Below, in pieces: positions 49,902 to 59,020 of a stretch of 64,000 nt of DNA; within the stretch, counting starts at the first letter, position 1; every line of letters starts with the position of its first letter. Source of the stretch: a virus (taxonomy: Duplodnaviria > Caudoviricetes). Made by a program: the position numbers and the translations under genes. The DNA is taken from IMG/VR virus record IMGVR_UViG_3300032050_000002; one strand, written 5' to 3'. Below the pieces are notes generated by a model. It did no database searches. It saw only the letters and a program-made list of their open reading frames with translations, and was not told the origin of the DNA.

Positions 49902-50645
49902 ATGGATTTTTTTATCAAAAAAAATAGTACTCTCCCACTTTTAAAATTACAGGTCGTAAAGAATGGTCGTAACGATTATGATAATTTTATGAAAACCATA
50001 GAATTATCAGCAATCTTCTTTTCAATGGTCGATATTGAAACGGGAGTTGCTAAGATAAGTTCAAGACCCGCAGGATTTGTAGAAAAAACTTTTATTGACC
50101 CAAACGCAGAACCTGAATATTATATTTACTATCAATTTACAAATAGAGATACAAATAAAGTAGGTAGATATGAAGGTCAGTTTATGTTAAGAAATGATGA
50201 CGGAGTTTTAATATTACCTATTAGAGAAAAACTTTTTATTAATATTCAAGAGTCATTTATCGCGGATGATTTACCATATGAGAATTGTTATACATCAGAA
50301 TTTCCTTGTTGCGTTAACGGACCTTATACAACAACTACAACAACGACTCCGTGTCCAAGTTGTCCAACTTGTCCTGAACCAACTCAAACTCCTATAACAA
50401 CTACTACAACAACAATTATCCCTATAACAACTACTACGACAACAATAAATATAACTGAAACGCCAACTCAAACTCCTACAGTAACTCCAACTCCTACAAT
50501 AACACCAAGTCCGACACCGGCACCTCAAAACGATTTGATGTTTATGTTTATTCCTGAAGGTGATATAGAATTTGTATTAATACCTGACGGTGATTTAGGA
50601 GTTTTTGATTTACCAATTGATGATTTAGGTTTTGAATTTTTATAA
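49902..50645 (+). CDS. BppU-like Ig-fold virion protein with Thr/Pro tract and acidic tail
   Basis: FFIKKNSTLPLLKLQ...YQFTNRDTNKVGRYEGQF; PT/T-run tract 50322-50525. Confidence 0.65.
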   Translation: MDFFIKKNSTLPLLKLQVVKNGRNDYDNFMKTIELSAIFFSMVDIETGVAKISSRPAGFVEKTFIDPNAEPEYYIYYQFTNRDTNKVGRYEGQFMLRNDDGVLILPIREKLFINIQESFIADDLPYENCYTSEFPCCVNGPYTTTTTTTPCPSCPTCPEPTQTPITTTTTTIIPITTTTTTINITETPTQTPTVTPTPTITPSPTPAPQNDLMFMFIPEGDIEFVLIPDGDLGVFDLPIDDLGFEFL

Positions 50646-50679
50646 AAAAGAAAATAAATGAATATTTATAAATAAAAAA

Positions 50680-52758
50680 ATGGCAATAGGAATTAGAATA
50701 ACGAGTAATAATTTAAATGGTAAAGTTGCTAATGTGACTTTTAATCCATCGACTGGTGGTACAATAAATATTGGTGATGTGACAATTCCGTTTAATTATA
50801 TAACAGAATTTCCTTATGGAACATATCAAGTTTATGTTCCGTTTTATGACTACACTTATGATTTAACAATTAATCAACCTGTTGATGTTAAATCTTTTGT
50901 ATTTGTGTCAAAAACAACCACAAATAATAATAATGGTATTGTTAATTTAAATTATGGTGATTTAACCGCAACGGTATTTAATTTAGGAATCGATAGCACG
51001 GGATGGTATATAAATGATTTATATCCGATAACAAATTCAGGTTACGCAATATATTTTCAAAACGATAATACTTGTGATTTACAATGGGTTGTTTTTATAG
51101 ATTCAGAAGGTAATGTAATTGAAAGTTATCAAACTAATTGTAATTGTGATTACGATTATAATATTTTAGGAGGTAAATACGCAACGTTTGAAGATTACTA
51201 TAATCGTGTTTTAAAAATTTTTAATGGTAAAGAAATTACTACACTTAGTCCTGATGATGAAAATGAAGCGTATTTTACAGTTGATGATTATGATGGTGTA
51301 TTATCAAATAATAATATTATTGTTGCAAAACAAAACCTTTCTGCCAACACATTTACGTTAAATATTTTAAATAATAATACTTTAATTCCTTTTGGAGATG
51401 TTTATACCTACTCAACAGGGTTTATGGATTTTTCAACATATTTTGACGGTAATTTTATACGTATTAGAAAATATAATAATTCTTTAAGTTCATTTGAATA
51501 TATTAAAATATATGATGGTTCAAATGGTAATTTATTACAAAATATCGATTTAACAACAAATATCTATAATCAAGATAGATATTCATTTTATGGTAATAAT
51601 AAATTGATTGAAATCTATTGGAACAATTCCGACAGTAGTATTGATTATTTAATAATACATTATGACGGTAACACAAATACATTAAATACCACAACACATA
51701 ATAGGTTAAATTATCTGGGTTATCCTGATTTAACAACAAATGAAAATCTATATCCAAATAATGGTGGTTCGGATTCTTTTAGTTTAATGATATATGATAA
51801 TTCAGGAAGTTACAATGGTATTGGAACTTCCGTTAGTTATTGTGATATATTATACATGTTAAGTGGGGATACAAACATTCAAACATTCACTTTTCAAAAT
51901 AGCGGAGTCCAAGATAAAACAATTAGAACATATGTTTCATTAAATGATAATATTTTTGTTCCTTGCGACAATGGTGATGGAAAAGTTTCAATATTAAGTA
52001 TTACAAGTTCAGGTATAAACTATCATGACACAAATCTTTTAATGTCTAGTAATCCTCAAGTTAGTGATATGGTTGAATGTGGAAATGGTTTTGTTGGTTC
52101 ATTTTTTGATGATACTAATTATACTCAAATGAGTTTAATACATATAACAGAAACCGGAACTTTAGGAGATGTTATTAACGGTATTAATTTGACAGGGGTG
52201 TATCAAAGAAATGTAGAATATTACGGTAATTTATATCATTTTAGACCTTACACAGGTGATACTTATTATATAATTCCAAACTCATCTTCTTTTCAAATAG
52301 GTAATTTTACAGGTAGTACGGTTAATCCTTATAATCCACAAACTTCATTTAAAGAAGATTTTTTAAGAAGAGGTAATTTATTATATATTGATTATACCAA
52401 TTCTCAGTGTTGTTTATTAACTGAAAGCGGTCTTACCTCAACTTTTAATTTACCTATTGGTTCGGCTGGGTATTCTGTAAGTGTTGGAGAAACCACATTT
52501 ATGTATGTTTATAATGATAGTATCACTAATTTTATAACAATAAATCTGTACGATTTCAATTTCAATCTATTAAATAGTCAAATAACCACTTTTACAAATA
52601 TATGGACTACTGATTCTTGTAATGATAATCACGTATTAATAATTAATGAAAATAATAAATATTATATTTATTTGGTTTCTGAAAATGAAATAACTTATAA
52701 AGAATTGTCGGATAATGATTCGTATAGAACGTTCAATGATTATGTTTGGTGGGATTAA
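50680..52758 (+). CDS. large Asn/Thr/Tyr-rich virion-type protein (possible beta-propeller)
   Basis: 692-aa ORF; N-terminus resembles that of 37142..38161; AATATTTATA upstream. Confidence 0.6.
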   Translation: MAIGIRITSNNLNGKVANVTFNPSTGGTINIGDVTIPFNYITEFPYGTYQVYVPFYDYTYDLTINQPVDVKSFVFVSKTTTNNNNGIVNLNYGDLTATVFNLGIDSTGWYINDLYPITNSGYAIYFQNDNTCDLQWVVFIDSEGNVIESYQTNCNCDYDYNILGGKYATFEDYYNRVLKIFNGKEITTLSPDDENEAYFTVDDYDGVLSNNNIIVAKQNLSANTFTLNILNNNTLIPFGDVYTYSTGFMDFSTYFDGNFIRIRKYNNSLSSFEYIKIYDGSNGNLLQNIDLTTNIYNQDRYSFYGNNKLIEIYWNNSDSSIDYLIIHYDGNTNTLNTTTHNRLNYLGYPDLTTNENLYPNNGGSDSFSLMIYDNSGSYNGIGTSVSYCDILYMLSGDTNIQTFTFQNSGVQDKTIRTYVSLNDNIFVPCDNGDGKVSILSITSSGINYHDTNLLMSSNPQVSDMVECGNGFVGSFFDDTNYTQMSLIHITETGTLGDVINGINLTGVYQRNVEYYGNLYHFRPYTGDTYYIIPNSSSFQIGNFTGSTVNPYNPQTSFKEDFLRRGNLLYIDYTNSQCCLLTESGLTSTFNLPIGSAGYSVSVGETTFMYVYNDSITNFITINLYDFNFNLLNSQITTFTNIWTTDSCNDNHVLIINENNKYYIYLVSENEITYKELSDNDSYRTFNDYVWWD

Positions 52759-52774
52759 AAAAAAATAAAAAAAT

Positions 52775-53020
52775 ATGATAACAACAGTAAGAATTAATGT
52801 AGAAAAATTAAAAAACTCCTTGTTGAACTACTCAACAACAGTTCACCTCAATGAAGGTTCGACTTATTTAGATTTAAAAGAAAAATTATATTCGATGGTA
52901 AATCTTGATAAATCTTTTGAGGTTGATAAATCGTCAATTTATGTTAAAAACAAAGAAGTAAAATATGATGAAGTAGTATCAACCGAAAATAAAATCTTAT
53001 ATAATGTAACGGTTAAATAA
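52775..53020 (+). CDS. small protein, possible beta-grasp (ubiquitin/MoaD-like) fold
   Basis: VHLNEGSTYLDLKEKL and IYVKNKEV pattern; no C-terminal GG. Confidence 0.4.
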   Translation: MITTVRINVEKLKNSLLNYSTTVHLNEGSTYLDLKEKLYSMVNLDKSFEVDKSSIYVKNKEVKYDEVVSTENKILYNVTVK

Positions 53021-53054
53021 AATTTAATAAAAATTAATAAAATGTCTTAATAAT

Positions 53055-53088
53055 AAACCCCAATTTTTGTTGGGGTTTTATTTTTTTA
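53055..53088 (+). terminator. intrinsic terminator
   Basis: AAACCCCAA-tttttg-TTGGGGTTT followed by T-rich run. Confidence 0.8.
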
Positions 53089-53134
53089 TATAAACAAATA
53101 TAATCCAATGATATTTATATCATAAAAAGACTTC

Positions 53135-55702
53135 ATGGCAAATATAAAGATATCGGCGTTACCAAGTGTCCAACCAAGTGGTTATACGAATGACGATTTA
53201 TTGGTAATAGTAAATTATGACGTTTCAAGTGGGACAACAAAGAATACACCTTTAAGTGGATTAACTTCTTATATATTAAGTGGAGTAACATTTCCAACAG
53301 ATTATCTTCCGTTAAGTGGTGGGACAGTTACAGGTGATACAATATTTAATCAAGGTTTAACCGCAACAACAATATCCGCATCAACATACTTAGGACTACC
53401 TTTAGATGTTTATGTTACGGGGGGAACTTATTCTGGAGGAACAATAACGTTTACAAATAATAGTGGTGGAACATTTCCTGTATCAGGAATAACTTCAAAT
53501 GAGGGAAATCAATGGTTAATACCAACTGGAGATACCGTTACCGTTAATTCAAATTATCAATATTTCATATATGGTGATATAATAGTTCAGGGTACTTTAA
53601 TACTCGAAACTAATAGTCAGTTAGTAGTTGTTAATGGAGATGTTATAAATAGTGGAGGAACAATCACAAATAACGGAACAATATCCGATATTGAAATTCC
53701 TTTATTTGATACGAAAGTTACTGGTGGAACGTATTCTGCCGGAACAATAACATTTACAAATAATAGTGGGGGAACTTTCACGGTTACAGGAATTACCGCA
53801 ACTGGCGGAGGAACATTTACTGGAGGAACGGTTAGTGGAGATACAATTTTTAGTAGTGGATTAACCGCAACTACGATATCCGCATCAACATACTTAGGTT
53901 TGCCTTTAGATATATATGTGACCGGAGGTACATATAGTGCTAGTTCATCTACAATTATATTTACAAATAATTCCGGTGGTACTTTTGATGTCACGGGAGT
54001 GACTGCTTCGGGTGGAGGAACATTTACAGGAGGAACTGTAACTGGGGAAACAATATTTCAAAGTGGGATAACCGCAACAACAATTTCAGCAACATCTTTA
54101 ACAGTTGATTATATTGATTTTAATATAACCGCAAATACCACTCATCAGGAAGGAAGAATTCATTGGAATGATGCTCTAAAAACTTTAGAGGTTGATACAG
54201 AAAATGCCGGTGTGCAACTAAAAGTGGGACATGAATTAGTTGTGAGAGTTAACAATCAGACTGGTTCACCAATTCCAAAAGGAAGTGCGGTTTATATAAA
54301 CGGAGAACAAGGACAAAGACCCACAATAACTTTGGCAAGTTTTACGGCAGATAGTACATCCGCAGCAGTTGTTGGTCTAACAATGACTCAAATAAATAAC
54401 AATAATAATGGTTATGTAATTGTTGGGGGTGTATTAGAAGGTCTTGACACCTCTTCTTATACCGCAGGAACGCCATTGTATCTTTATACAGGAGGAACCT
54501 TAACTTCAACAAAGCCACAAGCCCCTGACCATGATGTTAGAATTGGTAAGGTAGTTGTTTCAAACGCAACAACAGGTTCTATATATGTTTCCATTCAAAA
54601 TGGTTATGAATTAGATGAATTACATGATGCTAGAATTACAAATAAATCTGTTGGAGATTTATTAACAGTTAGTGGGTATAACGGATATGATTTATGGGTT
54701 AATTCAAAAACATTAAACGGTTCATATACAATAACCGGAGATACTACGATAGGTCAAGGATTAACCGCGACAACAATATCGGGAGGAACAATATATGGTA
54801 GTGGTTTGGGTTTAATAAATATTCCTATTTCTGGTGTTACCAATCTACAAACATCATTAAATAATAAATTTGATATAACAGGTGGAACTATTAATGGAAA
54901 TTTAACTGTAACCGGAAATACAAATTTACAAACATTTACTGCGGGAACAGGAACTATTAACGGTAATTTAACTGTAACAGGAAATACTATTTTAACATCC
55001 GTTACAGGAAATAGTTTAAATATAACCGGAAATACAATAATATCTTCTTTTACAGGAGGTTCGGGAACAATTAACGGTAATTTAAATGTAACTGGAAATA
55101 CCTCAATGACAGGAACATTAAATGTTACGGGTAATACAAACGTGAGAGCGTTTACAGGTACTACGGGATATTTTTCTGGAACAGGTCAGAACGTGTTAAC
55201 AGTTATTGGTTCAGGTAATAGCACATCGTCACCAATATTTTCGGTTATAGGAAATGGAACTAGCGCGGAATTATTTAGTGTTACAGATTCTTTTTCAGGT
55301 TCGTTATTTTCGGTTAACGATATTTCAGGATTATCGATATTAGATGTTAACTCTGATAGTACAATTTTGATGGGTAATTATTTAGCTCCGTCATTAAACA
55401 CAACAACAAGAACAAGTCTAACCGCAGGAACTACCACGGTTTATTCAATACCGACAAGTGCCTATACAGGAGCGTTTTTTGATTATACTTTAATTAGTAC
55501 GGGAAGCACAGGTGCTAGAGCGGGAACGATAATGTCAATATGGAGTGGGTCAAGCTCTCAGTTTACTGAGGTTTCAACTAACGATATTGGTGTTACAACT
55601 GGAGTTACTTTCACAGTTGCGGTTTCAGGAAATAATGCGGTGTTAAGTAGTTCGGCAACAACAACGGGTTGGACATTAAAAACAATAGTTAGAAGTATAT
55701 GA
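53135..55702 (+). CDS. long tail fibre-like protein with internal repeats
   Basis: repeated TGGTY..TI.FTNNSGGTF and TATTISA units; INGNLTVTGN repeats; module shared with 40807..42240. Confidence 0.7.
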   Translation: MANIKISALPSVQPSGYTNDDLLVIVNYDVSSGTTKNTPLSGLTSYILSGVTFPTDYLPLSGGTVTGDTIFNQGLTATTISASTYLGLPLDVYVTGGTYSGGTITFTNNSGGTFPVSGITSNEGNQWLIPTGDTVTVNSNYQYFIYGDIIVQGTLILETNSQLVVVNGDVINSGGTITNNGTISDIEIPLFDTKVTGGTYSAGTITFTNNSGGTFTVTGITATGGGTFTGGTVSGDTIFSSGLTATTISASTYLGLPLDIYVTGGTYSASSSTIIFTNNSGGTFDVTGVTASGGGTFTGGTVTGETIFQSGITATTISATSLTVDYIDFNITANTTHQEGRIHWNDALKTLEVDTENAGVQLKVGHELVVRVNNQTGSPIPKGSAVYINGEQGQRPTITLASFTADSTSAAVVGLTMTQINNNNNGYVIVGGVLEGLDTSSYTAGTPLYLYTGGTLTSTKPQAPDHDVRIGKVVVSNATTGSIYVSIQNGYELDELHDARITNKSVGDLLTVSGYNGYDLWVNSKTLNGSYTITGDTTIGQGLTATTISGGTIYGSGLGLINIPISGVTNLQTSLNNKFDITGGTINGNLTVTGNTNLQTFTAGTGTINGNLTVTGNTILTSVTGNSLNITGNTIISSFTGGSGTINGNLNVTGNTSMTGTLNVTGNTNVRAFTGTTGYFSGTGQNVLTVIGSGNSTSSPIFSVIGNGTSAELFSVTDSFSGSLFSVNDISGLSILDVNSDSTILMGNYLAPSLNTTTRTSLTAGTTTVYSIPTSAYTGAFFDYTLISTGSTGARAGTIMSIWSGSSSQFTEVSTNDIGVTTGVTFTVAVSGNNAVLSSSATTTGWTLKTIVRSI

Positions 55703-56385
55703 GTTTTAGTTACGGACAAAAAATAGTAACAAATGGATTGGTTTTATATCTAGATGCCGCAAATATTAGGTCATACCCAAAAACCGGAAATACTTGGTAT
55801 GATTTAAGTATTGGTACTAATACTGGTACTTTAAATAGTGGTTCAACATTTAATACCTCAAATGGTGGTAGTATTGTTTTTGATGGTACAGATGATAATG
55901 TAAATTGTGGAAACAATTCAATATTAGATGTTGGAAATAACATTACGGTAAACGCTTGGATTTTTTTACCGAGTACTGGTGCGACAACAGGTTATAGACC
56001 GATAGTATCTAAAGTTGTTAGTGGAGCCACTGTTGGTTGGGAAATGGGTGTTAGTATTGGAAAATTAAGATGTGTCTTCAGGCCGACCTCAAATATTATA
56101 GACCTTACTGGACCTGATTTATCTATAGGTGTTTGGCAAATGTGTACATTTAGTTATGATAACTTAACCACTAAGTTATATCTAAATGGGGTTTTAAGAA
56201 CCTCAACATCAAGTGGTGGTCCTGTTATATTAGATTCATCACAACCATTTCAAATAGCGACAAGAGGAATCGGAGGAAATACGTTTTTAGGTAGGATATC
56301 ACAAGTCTCGATGTATAATCGAGCCTTATCTTCATCAGAAATTTTACAAAACTATAATTCGACAAAAGCGAGATTTCAATTATGA
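55699..56385 (+). CDS. LamG/concanavalin-A-like domain protein
   Basis: IVTNGLVLYLDA, FDGTDD, ITVNAWI, LYLNG, MYNRALSSSEILQNYN. Confidence 0.85.
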   Translation: MSFSYGQKIVTNGLVLYLDAANIRSYPKTGNTWYDLSIGTNTGTLNSGSTFNTSNGGSIVFDGTDDNVNCGNNSILDVGNNITVNAWIFLPSTGATTGYRPIVSKVVSGATVGWEMGVSIGKLRCVFRPTSNIIDLTGPDLSIGVWQMCTFSYDNLTTKLYLNGVLRTSTSSGGPVILDSSQPFQIATRGIGGNTFLGRISQVSMYNRALSSSEILQNYNSTKARFQL

Positions 56386-57140
56386 GCGGAAGTATTGTAA
56401 GTTCAAAAATAGTTACAAATGGATTAGTATTATACTTAGACGCGGTTAATACTCTTTCGTATCCAAAAACCGGAAATACTTGGTATGATTTAACAACCAA
56501 TGGGTTTATTGGTCAACTAAACAACACCCCCTTATTTGTAACAACAGGTGGAACTTCTTTTTCTTTTGACGGTACCAATGAAAATGTTAATTTAGGTAAT
56601 CTGTCATCACTTTCTTTTACTAGTGGGACATTTTCCGTTGAGATTTGGGTTAATGTTCCAAGTAGTTGGTCTGGACCTGCAAACATAAATCAATATCCTA
56701 ATTTAATTAGTAAAGGAGCTAACGCTGGATGGGACACAAATGGGTGGTCATTACATTGTTTTAGAGGGGTGTTAAGTTCTGACCCCAAAGTTATTGGGTT
56801 AGGGATTAAAAATGGGTCTAATCTTGTTACATCATCCACACAAATAACATTAGAAAATACAGATTTAGATAGATTCATATGTGTATCAGTAACTATGGAT
56901 TTAACCTCTATTAAAATTTTTAAAAACGGAATACTTAATAAAACGGTAACATCTTTAACTTCGCCATTAGGAAACCCTTTAGTAGGTCCTGCGGAAAATT
57001 CATCAAATGTTGTTATCGCAAGCGGTCCATCGTCACAATATTTTCCTGGTAAGATATCTAACATTAAATTATATGATAGAAAATTAAGTGATTCTGAAGT
57101 TTTACAAAATTATAACTCAACTAAAGTAAGATATATTTAA
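56382..57140 (+). CDS. LamG/concanavalin-A-like domain protein
   Basis: IVTNGLVLYLDA, FSVEIWV, IFKNG, LYDRKLSDSEVLQNYN. Confidence 0.85.
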   Translation: MSGSIVSSKIVTNGLVLYLDAVNTLSYPKTGNTWYDLTTNGFIGQLNNTPLFVTTGGTSFSFDGTNENVNLGNLSSLSFTSGTFSVEIWVNVPSSWSGPANINQYPNLISKGANAGWDTNGWSLHCFRGVLSSDPKVIGLGIKNGSNLVTSSTQITLENTDLDRFICVSVTMDLTSIKIFKNGILNKTVTSLTSPLGNPLVGPAENSSNVVIASGPSSQYFPGKISNIKLYDRKLSDSEVLQNYNSTKVRYI

Positions 57141-57145
57141 TTAAT

Positions 57146-57409
57146 ATGGAAACACAATTATACGAGAATAGAAAATTTATGATATTTAATGTATCTGAAT
57201 TAGAATTAATAGATTTTACACAAGTATGTGAAACTTCAATTGACACGGTTAGAAAAAGTGTTGATGGTGATAAAACATTTGTTAAATGGGACACCGAAGG
57301 AATTCCTTCATCAGTGGATAGTTTAACAACTAAAGAAGGTCCTTATACTTATGAAGAAATTTTAAACATACTATCAACTTCAGAATGGACTGATGTAACA
57401 ATAATATGA
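57146..57409 (+). CDS. small acidic protein within the LamG array
   Basis: 87-aa ORF, TVRKSVDGDKTFVKW. Confidence 0.7.
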   Translation: METQLYENRKFMIFNVSELELIDFTQVCETSIDTVRKSVDGDKTFVKWDTEGIPSSVDSLTTKEGPYTYEEILNILSTSEWTDVTII

Positions 57410-58149
57410 GTACAGTAGGAAATTGGCAAGGTCCAAAAATAGTTAAAGAGGAGTTAGTTTTATATTTAGATGCGGGTTCTCCCAATTCTTATTTTGATAA
57501 AACAAGCACAACTTGGAGAGATATTAGTGGATATGGTAACAACGCCACATTACTAAATGGGGTAACGTATAGTTCAAATAATGGCGGTGTTTTTATTTTT
57601 GACGGTACTGATGATGCGGCCAGAGTCTCACCAAACGCAATCTATAGAAATTTTACAAATGCAACTTTTAGTATATGGTGTACATTCTCAACACTATCTA
57701 CTAATAGTATCTATACTTTAATAAATAATGGAATCCAATCAACTGATAGTCATTTTTGGTTATATTATGATAATAGGACTTCATTACCATCTAATGTTAA
57801 TAGAATAGGTTTTGAGTGGGGTAATGGCACTAATAGAACTGGTTTACTATCAACATCAACTTTAATTCCTGTTTTAAATAATTGGTATAATATTGTGGCA
57901 ACTTTTGATAACGGAACTTCAATAATTTATGTTAATGGAGTTGTGTTTGGTAGTGGTACAACATTAGTAACAACAATAGCCGGAGTTGCCGCGGCTCAAA
58001 TATATACAGGAGGTTATTTTTCCGCCGGTCCTTCGGGAATACAATTATCTTGGCCGGGAAATTTAAATCAACATTTAATATATAGAAAAACATTATCTCA
58101 ATCAGAAGTTTTACAAAACTACAACGTAACAAAATATAGATATTTATAA
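57406..58149 (+). CDS. LamG/concanavalin-A-like domain protein
   Basis: LVLYLDAG, FDGTDD, WYNIVATFD, IYVNG, IYRKTLSQSEVLQNYN. Confidence 0.85.
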   Translation: MSTVGNWQGPKIVKEELVLYLDAGSPNSYFDKTSTTWRDISGYGNNATLLNGVTYSSNNGGVFIFDGTDDAARVSPNAIYRNFTNATFSIWCTFSTLSTNSIYTLINNGIQSTDSHFWLYYDNRTSLPSNVNRIGFEWGNGTNRTGLLSTSTLIPVLNNWYNIVATFDNGTSIIYVNGVVFGSGTTLVTTIAGVAAAQIYTGGYFSAGPSGIQLSWPGNLNQHLIYRKTLSQSEVLQNYNVTKYRYL

Positions 58150-58199
58150 CTTTAATATATTTATAATAAAATAAACATTACTGGACAGGGGAAGTAATT

Positions 58200-59018
58200 A
58201 TGCCAAACGAATTAATAGTAAGAAACGGTTTTACAAGTCAAGGAAACTCATTTATAAACGGTACTTTGTCCGTAACAGGAAATACAACTTTACAGACAAT
58301 TAATGTTACGACATTAGGTATTACAGGAACAACTACCACAAGAAGTATTATACCTGAATCAAATAATACTTATAATTTAGGAGCAACAAATAGAAGATGG
58401 AGTGGTGTTTATACAAGAGAAATAAGATTTTACGATGCTGACGGAACATCGGTAAATGACTACATAACTGTTAGCGCTCCAACAGATTTAGCTAGCTCTC
58501 CAAAACCAGCTTGGGCGTTAACTTTACCTCTATTAAGTGGTTCAACAAATAGTTTTTTAGGAGTATATAGTGGAGCATCAAACACGTCAAATACAACTTG
58601 GTTCTCATTATCAGGAGGAACAGGAATTTCCATATCTCAAACATCAAATGCTAGTGGAGGAACGATGACACTATCTTCTTCCCCAACCAGTTTTTATTCC
58701 GAACCATCATCAACTGCGGTTACGTGGAATGTAAGTGGTAATAGTACAAACTATAAACTAACCTTAACCGCAAACACAACATTAAATTTAAGTAATGTTA
58801 GAAATGGTGATTACGGAACAATTATTTTAACTCAAGATTCGGGAGGAAATAGAACGGTAACTTTAGGAACGGTTAACGGTGGCTCAGCAACACATAAAGT
58901 TGTTAATGGTGGCGCTGGTTTAGTTAGTTTAACCGCAACGGCAAACGCAATTGATATTCTATCTTTTACATACGATGGAACAAATATGTATTGGAATAAA
59001 GGTTTAAATTATACATAA
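58200..59018 (+). CDS. tail fibre-like protein
   Basis: MPNELIVRNG, INGTLSVTGN, ILTQDSGGNRTVT, DILSFTYDGTN C-terminal module. Confidence 0.6.
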   Translation: MPNELIVRNGFTSQGNSFINGTLSVTGNTTLQTINVTTLGITGTTTTRSIIPESNNTYNLGATNRRWSGVYTREIRFYDADGTSVNDYITVSAPTDLASSPKPAWALTLPLLSGSTNSFLGVYSGASNTSNTTWFSLSGGTGISISQTSNASGGTMTLSSSPTSFYSEPSSTAVTWNVSGNSTNYKLTLTANTTLNLSNVRNGDYGTIILTQDSGGNRTVTLGTVNGGSATHKVVNGGAGLVSLTATANAIDILSFTYDGTNMYWNKGLNYT

Positions 59019-59020
59019 TA

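Noticed and set aside
35370-50525. Short tandem DNA repeats as a possible CRISPR array
   Set aside because: The units are degenerate 6-mers in coding frame; there is no constant repeat with unique spacers and no cas genes.
2377-50674. Canonical T4 late promoter TATAAATA
   Set aside because: It appears on the coding strand only incidentally (50667-50674, and for the 2361 gene at a divergent junction). Co-directional cases consistently show the opposite orientation, TATTTAT.
55699-58149. Diversity-generating retroelement acting on LamG or fibre paralogs
   Set aside because: No reverse transcriptase in the window, and paralog differences are not adenine-specific TR/VR-type changes.
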